Shown: one piece after another, positions 60,853-64,000 of the stretch
Layout: each line of letters opens with the position of its first letter
Numbering within the stretch: position 1 is the stretch's first letter
Virus record (IMG/VR): IMGVR_UViG_3300044556_000077
Coordinates: 32,001-96,000 of that record
Strand: one strand, 5' to 3'
Source: a virus
Lineage: Duplodnaviria > Caudoviricetes
Length of the DNA stretch: 64,000 nucleotides
The notes under the pieces: model-generated
The model's input: only the letters and a program-made list of their open reading frames with translations
Told to the model about the DNA's origin: nothing
Databases searched by the model: none
Program-made: the position numbers and the translations under genes

Positions 60853-61170
60853 TTACTCATGATGTAATCTTTCAATTCTATTCCTGTGTCTTGCATTCTC
60901 TTCACTTCCGCAAAGATCAGGATGTTCATGTTGAACTTTTCTTCTAATCCTTGTTACTGAATCGAACGAAGGAAACATCTTCATTCTGCTCTGATTCTTG
61001 TAAAATCTAATTACCGAAATCTTATTTAAATTGATTCCTTTATTCTCAGCAATCTCAGCAAGCACACAAGCGTACATTTCACTGTCATCTTCTCTAGCCC
61101 TATTATTCTGAGACAGTACAGAAAGCACTGTCTCATAAATAGGATTGTTGCTTTTATTTAATGCGTACAT
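60853..61170 (-). CDS. hypothetical DNA-binding protein (start approximate)
   Basis: AR.DD and P..DSVTR.RRKVQ..HP motifs. Confidence 0.55.
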   Translation of the reverse strand: MYALNKSNNPIYETVLSVLSQNNRAREDDSEMYACVLAEIAENKGINLNKISVIRFYKNQSRMKMFPSFDSVTRIRRKVQHEHPDLCGSEENARHRNRIERLHHE

Positions 61171-61171
61171 A

Positions 61172-61816
61172 TTAGGCTTCTTTCCTCTTATTATACGGAT
61201 TAATGATCCATTCCTTAAAGCATGGAAGTGTTTCAACCCAGTCACAGAAACACTGCCACTCAGGGAGAACATGATGTCTTCTCTGAAAGTAAATTGTTTT
61301 AAGCTGCTGATAATTAGTTACCATTCCTGCTGTCAGCTTCAAACCTGTAGGACAGGAATACAGGACTCTCAGATACTGCTCATGCAGAGCCTCATAGTAA
61401 ATATCATGGTCAGCTTCATCGATCTGGTCTTCAGCTTCTTTCATCTGATTATAGCCCTTGGCAAGCTCTTTCATAATCTCAATCATTCTCTTGTCTGTAT
61501 ATTCAATAAACTGCTTACTAAGATCAAACTTGCAGATTCTATGAATGCTAGACTGAGAACTTATAATATCAAAGAAGTGATATCTCTCTGCTTCTGTCCA
61601 AGCCTTAACTGTGAAAGTCAGATCAAAATGAACTGTAATTCCTTTAAGGAAGTTGTCATGAGCTGTGCCAGTCGGAACTCCTGCAAGTTTTGCTGTCATC
61701 TTCGTAGGCTCTCCTGTGCACTTCTGGGCATTTGTAGCCATTGGGTACTTAGAGGAACGAATAGCAAAATCCATTCCGCTGACTTCTACATTTGAGATAA
61801 TGTCGTTGTAGTTCAT
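61172..61816 (-). CDS. divergent ThyX/Thy1-like protein
   Basis: H..FL, E..RY....SS.S..HR, TNY..L.....QR..H...EW; next to dUTPase and kinase. Confidence 0.65.
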   Translation of the reverse strand: MNYNDIISNVEVSGMDFAIRSSKYPMATNAQKCTGEPTKMTAKLAGVPTGTAHDNFLKGITVHFDLTFTVKAWTEAERYHFFDIISSQSSIHRICKFDLSKQFIEYTDKRMIEIMKELAKGYNQMKEAEDQIDEADHDIYYEALHEQYLRVLYSCPTGLKLTAGMVTNYQQLKTIYFQRRHHVLPEWQCFCDWVETLPCFKEWIINPYNKRKEA

Positions 61817-61857
61817 AATTCTCCTTTTCTATATTAAACATGTAACAACTTAACAAA

Positions 61858-61906
61858 ATAAAAAAATCATGTGCAAGGGGAAGTATCTGTCTTCCTCTTG
61901 CACATT
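61858..61906 (-). terminator. intrinsic terminator
   Basis: ATGTGCAAGAGGAAG...CTTCCCCTTGCACAT followed by a U run. Confidence 0.7.
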
Positions 61907-61974
61907 TATAATACAACAGTTCCTAGGATAAATCAAGAAGTATTTATTGTACATCTTAAATTTTCCAATTTACC

Positions 61975-64000
61975 TTATCTTCTCTGTCCAAATCCTTTCA
62001 GCCAAGTATCTCTATTTACGTTGTGATTTGTTCTAATGCAAGTAATATAAGCTTTTGGCTCAGACACCAAAAGGAATTTTTTCTTCGCTCTGGTAATCAT
62101 CGTATAGAGCATACAGTTATCAAGCAGAGTATAATGCGTGTTATCAAGCACACCTACTACTACCGGGAACTCACTACCCTGTGTAGAATGAATGGTAAAC
62201 GCATATGCCAGATTCAAATTCTGTACAGTTCCCGCATCATAGAACACAGTTTTGTCATTATCATATTCTACTTCCACGCTGCACTGAGGATGCTTGTGTT
62301 CCCTGTCATTCTCTTTATAGTAAACGTCAACGTCAATTACTTTTCCGATCTCTCCATTAACCACATTATTTGTGTAATCGTTTTTCTTCTGGATTACAAT
62401 GTCTCCTACTCCAAGTTTGGTAATATTAGCATATGGAGAGTTACTAATTGTAATAAGTTCTCTACCTTCAATCTTAGCAAGCGCATTCTGAATGTACTGA
62501 TTCATGTTATTTGAACAGTTCAAACAGCCTTGCTTACGAGGAGTTATCATACACACATTCTCCTTGCCAATTGCCTTTACAGCAGACATATAAGCATTCA
62601 GAGAAATTTTATATATCTCCTCTCGATCCCTGGAGAACATGTAAATCATATCCCTCTTATCACCATATACGATTCTTGTTTCAGGCTTTTCAAGAGGATT
62701 CTTGCCATTGCGAATCATATTCGCTGCCTTGAGGATTCCAGAATCAGTTGCCTGTCTCATCGGTTTTGTAAGCTGAAAACTTGTAAATCTGTTATTCACA
62801 AGTAAATCGTAGAACACGTTCCCCGCTCCGATTGGTGGCAGCTGCAGAGCATCTCCCATCAGAATCAGTCTCGTATCCTGTCCAATAGCCTCTACTAAAT
62901 GCTTAAACAGCGAAGCATTAATCATTGAGCACTCGTCAATAAAAATTACGTCATATGGAAGTAACTCTTTCTCATTATATCTGAAGTTATTAAACCCATC
63001 AGCCTTAAGAAGCCTATGAATCGTTGACGCTTCTAATCCTGTAGTTTCTGTAATTCTCTGTGCAGCTTTGGCAGACGGAGCAGCTGCGCCAATTGACATT
63101 CCTTTACTGTCATAAGCTTTCAGTATTCCTCTAGCTACTGTAGACTTACCAGATCCTGCACAGCCTGAGATAATAGCCACATTGGTATTAAGAGAGTTTA
63201 CAATTAACTCTCTCTGTTCATCTGTGTACTGGAATCCCTGTTCCATTTCAGCCTGAATAATTGCATGCTTGATATCATTTTCATCGAACACAAATTTCTC
63301 AGGAGTCTTAGAATGGTTCTGCTTATCCTCCAGAACGCTGTAAATATAACGCTCCTGTTTCCACATAGACTTCAAGCCTACACGCTTGCCTTCTTTAGTT
63401 TCTACTACATGAAAATCTCTAGCTTTATCAAGCATTTCATCGAAGTAATCCATACATTCTGGTACGTTTTCATAAACAGCCTTACGAAGCTTGTTCACGT
63501 AGCACCATGTATGCCCGTCATTTCCAATAGTATGAAAATGATACTTTAGGAAAGCCATTAGCCTTTCAGGGCTTTTTAACATCTCTGGTTTCATTTTCAG
63601 AGCGATATCATCTGTTCTTTTAAAGCCAAATCTACTGTACTCTGAAATGTAATATGGGTTCTGTTTGATTTTCTGTTTGACCAACTCAGGACTGTCATTT
63701 TCTAACATTGAGTCAATAGCATTCTCAGTAATCCCAAGAGGGATAAGCATACCAAGCAGGTCAGACAGTTCATACTTGTCTACGATATCTCCATAGAGCT
63801 TTTCCCATGTCTTCTTTCCGAGTCCTTTAATTGGCTTGTAATCGAAATTGTCTTTTGTGACTGTACCGTCCAGAATCTTGTCAATCAGATCAGGATCAAC
63901 TTTCATAAGCTGCTCTGCAACTGGTTCTGTCGTAAGAGTCTTCAGATAAAGCTTTTTCTGGTTCACAGTTTTCGGTGCAATAGAGGTGACTGTCATCACG
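61975..64000 (-). CDS. recD2: RecD2/TraA-family SF1B helicase (5' truncated by the window)
   Basis: NPY/GFK..D, GCAGSGKS, STIHRLL, DECSM, GD..QLPPIG.G, RQA, AYAFTIHSTQGSE, YT.ITRAK. Confidence 0.92.
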   Translation of the reverse strand, partial: VMTVTSIAPKTVNQKKLYLKTLTTEPVAEQLMKVDPDLIDKILDGTVTKDNFDYKPIKGLGKKTWEKLYGDIVDKYELSDLLGMLIPLGITENAIDSMLENDSPELVKQKIKQNPYYISEYSRFGFKRTDDIALKMKPEMLKSPERLMAFLKYHFHTIGNDGHTWCYVNKLRKAVYENVPECMDYFDEMLDKARDFHVVETKEGKRVGLKSMWKQERYIYSVLEDKQNHSKTPEKFVFDENDIKHAIIQAEMEQGFQYTDEQRELIVNSLNTNVAIISGCAGSGKSTVARGILKAYDSKGMSIGAAAPSAKAAQRITETTGLEASTIHRLLKADGFNNFRYNEKELLPYDVIFIDECSMINASLFKHLVEAIGQDTRLILMGDALQLPPIGAGNVFYDLLVNNRFTSFQLTKPMRQATDSGILKAANMIRNGKNPLEKPETRIVYGDKRDMIYMFSRDREEIYKISLNAYMSAVKAIGKENVCMITPRKQGCLNCSNNMNQYIQNALAKIEGRELITISNSPYANITKLGVGDIVIQKKNDYTNNVVNGEIGKVIDVDVYYKENDREHKHPQCSVEVEYDNDKTVFYDAGTVQNLNLAYAFTIHSTQGSEFPVVVGVLDNTHYTLLDNCMLYTMITRAKKKFLLVSEPKAYITCIRTNHNVNRDTWLKGFGQRR

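Overview
64 kb of a large, low-GC temperate siphovirus of a Firmicute (probably Clostridia/Lachnospiraceae) with SPbeta-like organisation. The + strand (1-42.9 kb) holds the tail-fibre/lysis end, tRNA-Gln and the morphogenesis operon: terminase, portal, protease/scaffold, capsid, neck, tail tube, RusA, a giant tape measure, Dit and tail tip. The - strand (43-64 kb) holds a tyrosine integrase, a probable attP (complete tRNA-Phe flanked by ~12 AGAAGTAAAT repeats), many small accessory ORFs, dUTPase, dNMP kinase, a ThyX-like gene and RecD2. The ORF track hides five group I introns, whose junctions I reconstructed by hand; all restore the reading frame. Two are in the large terminase (4909-5886, in Walker A, with a LAGLIDADG endonuclease; 7507-7719, only 213 nt, in the nuclease HDD motif). 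One is in the major capsid gene (12708-13101). One is in the tape measure gene (26799-27157) and appears to use a C.A instead of a U.G pair at the 5' splice site. One is a complete IStron (57235-59412, group I ribozyme fused to IS605 tnpA+tnpB, inserted after TTGAT) whose ribozyme closely resembles the IS-free capsid intron. Product calls come from motif recognition and synteny only; no searches or folding programs were run.
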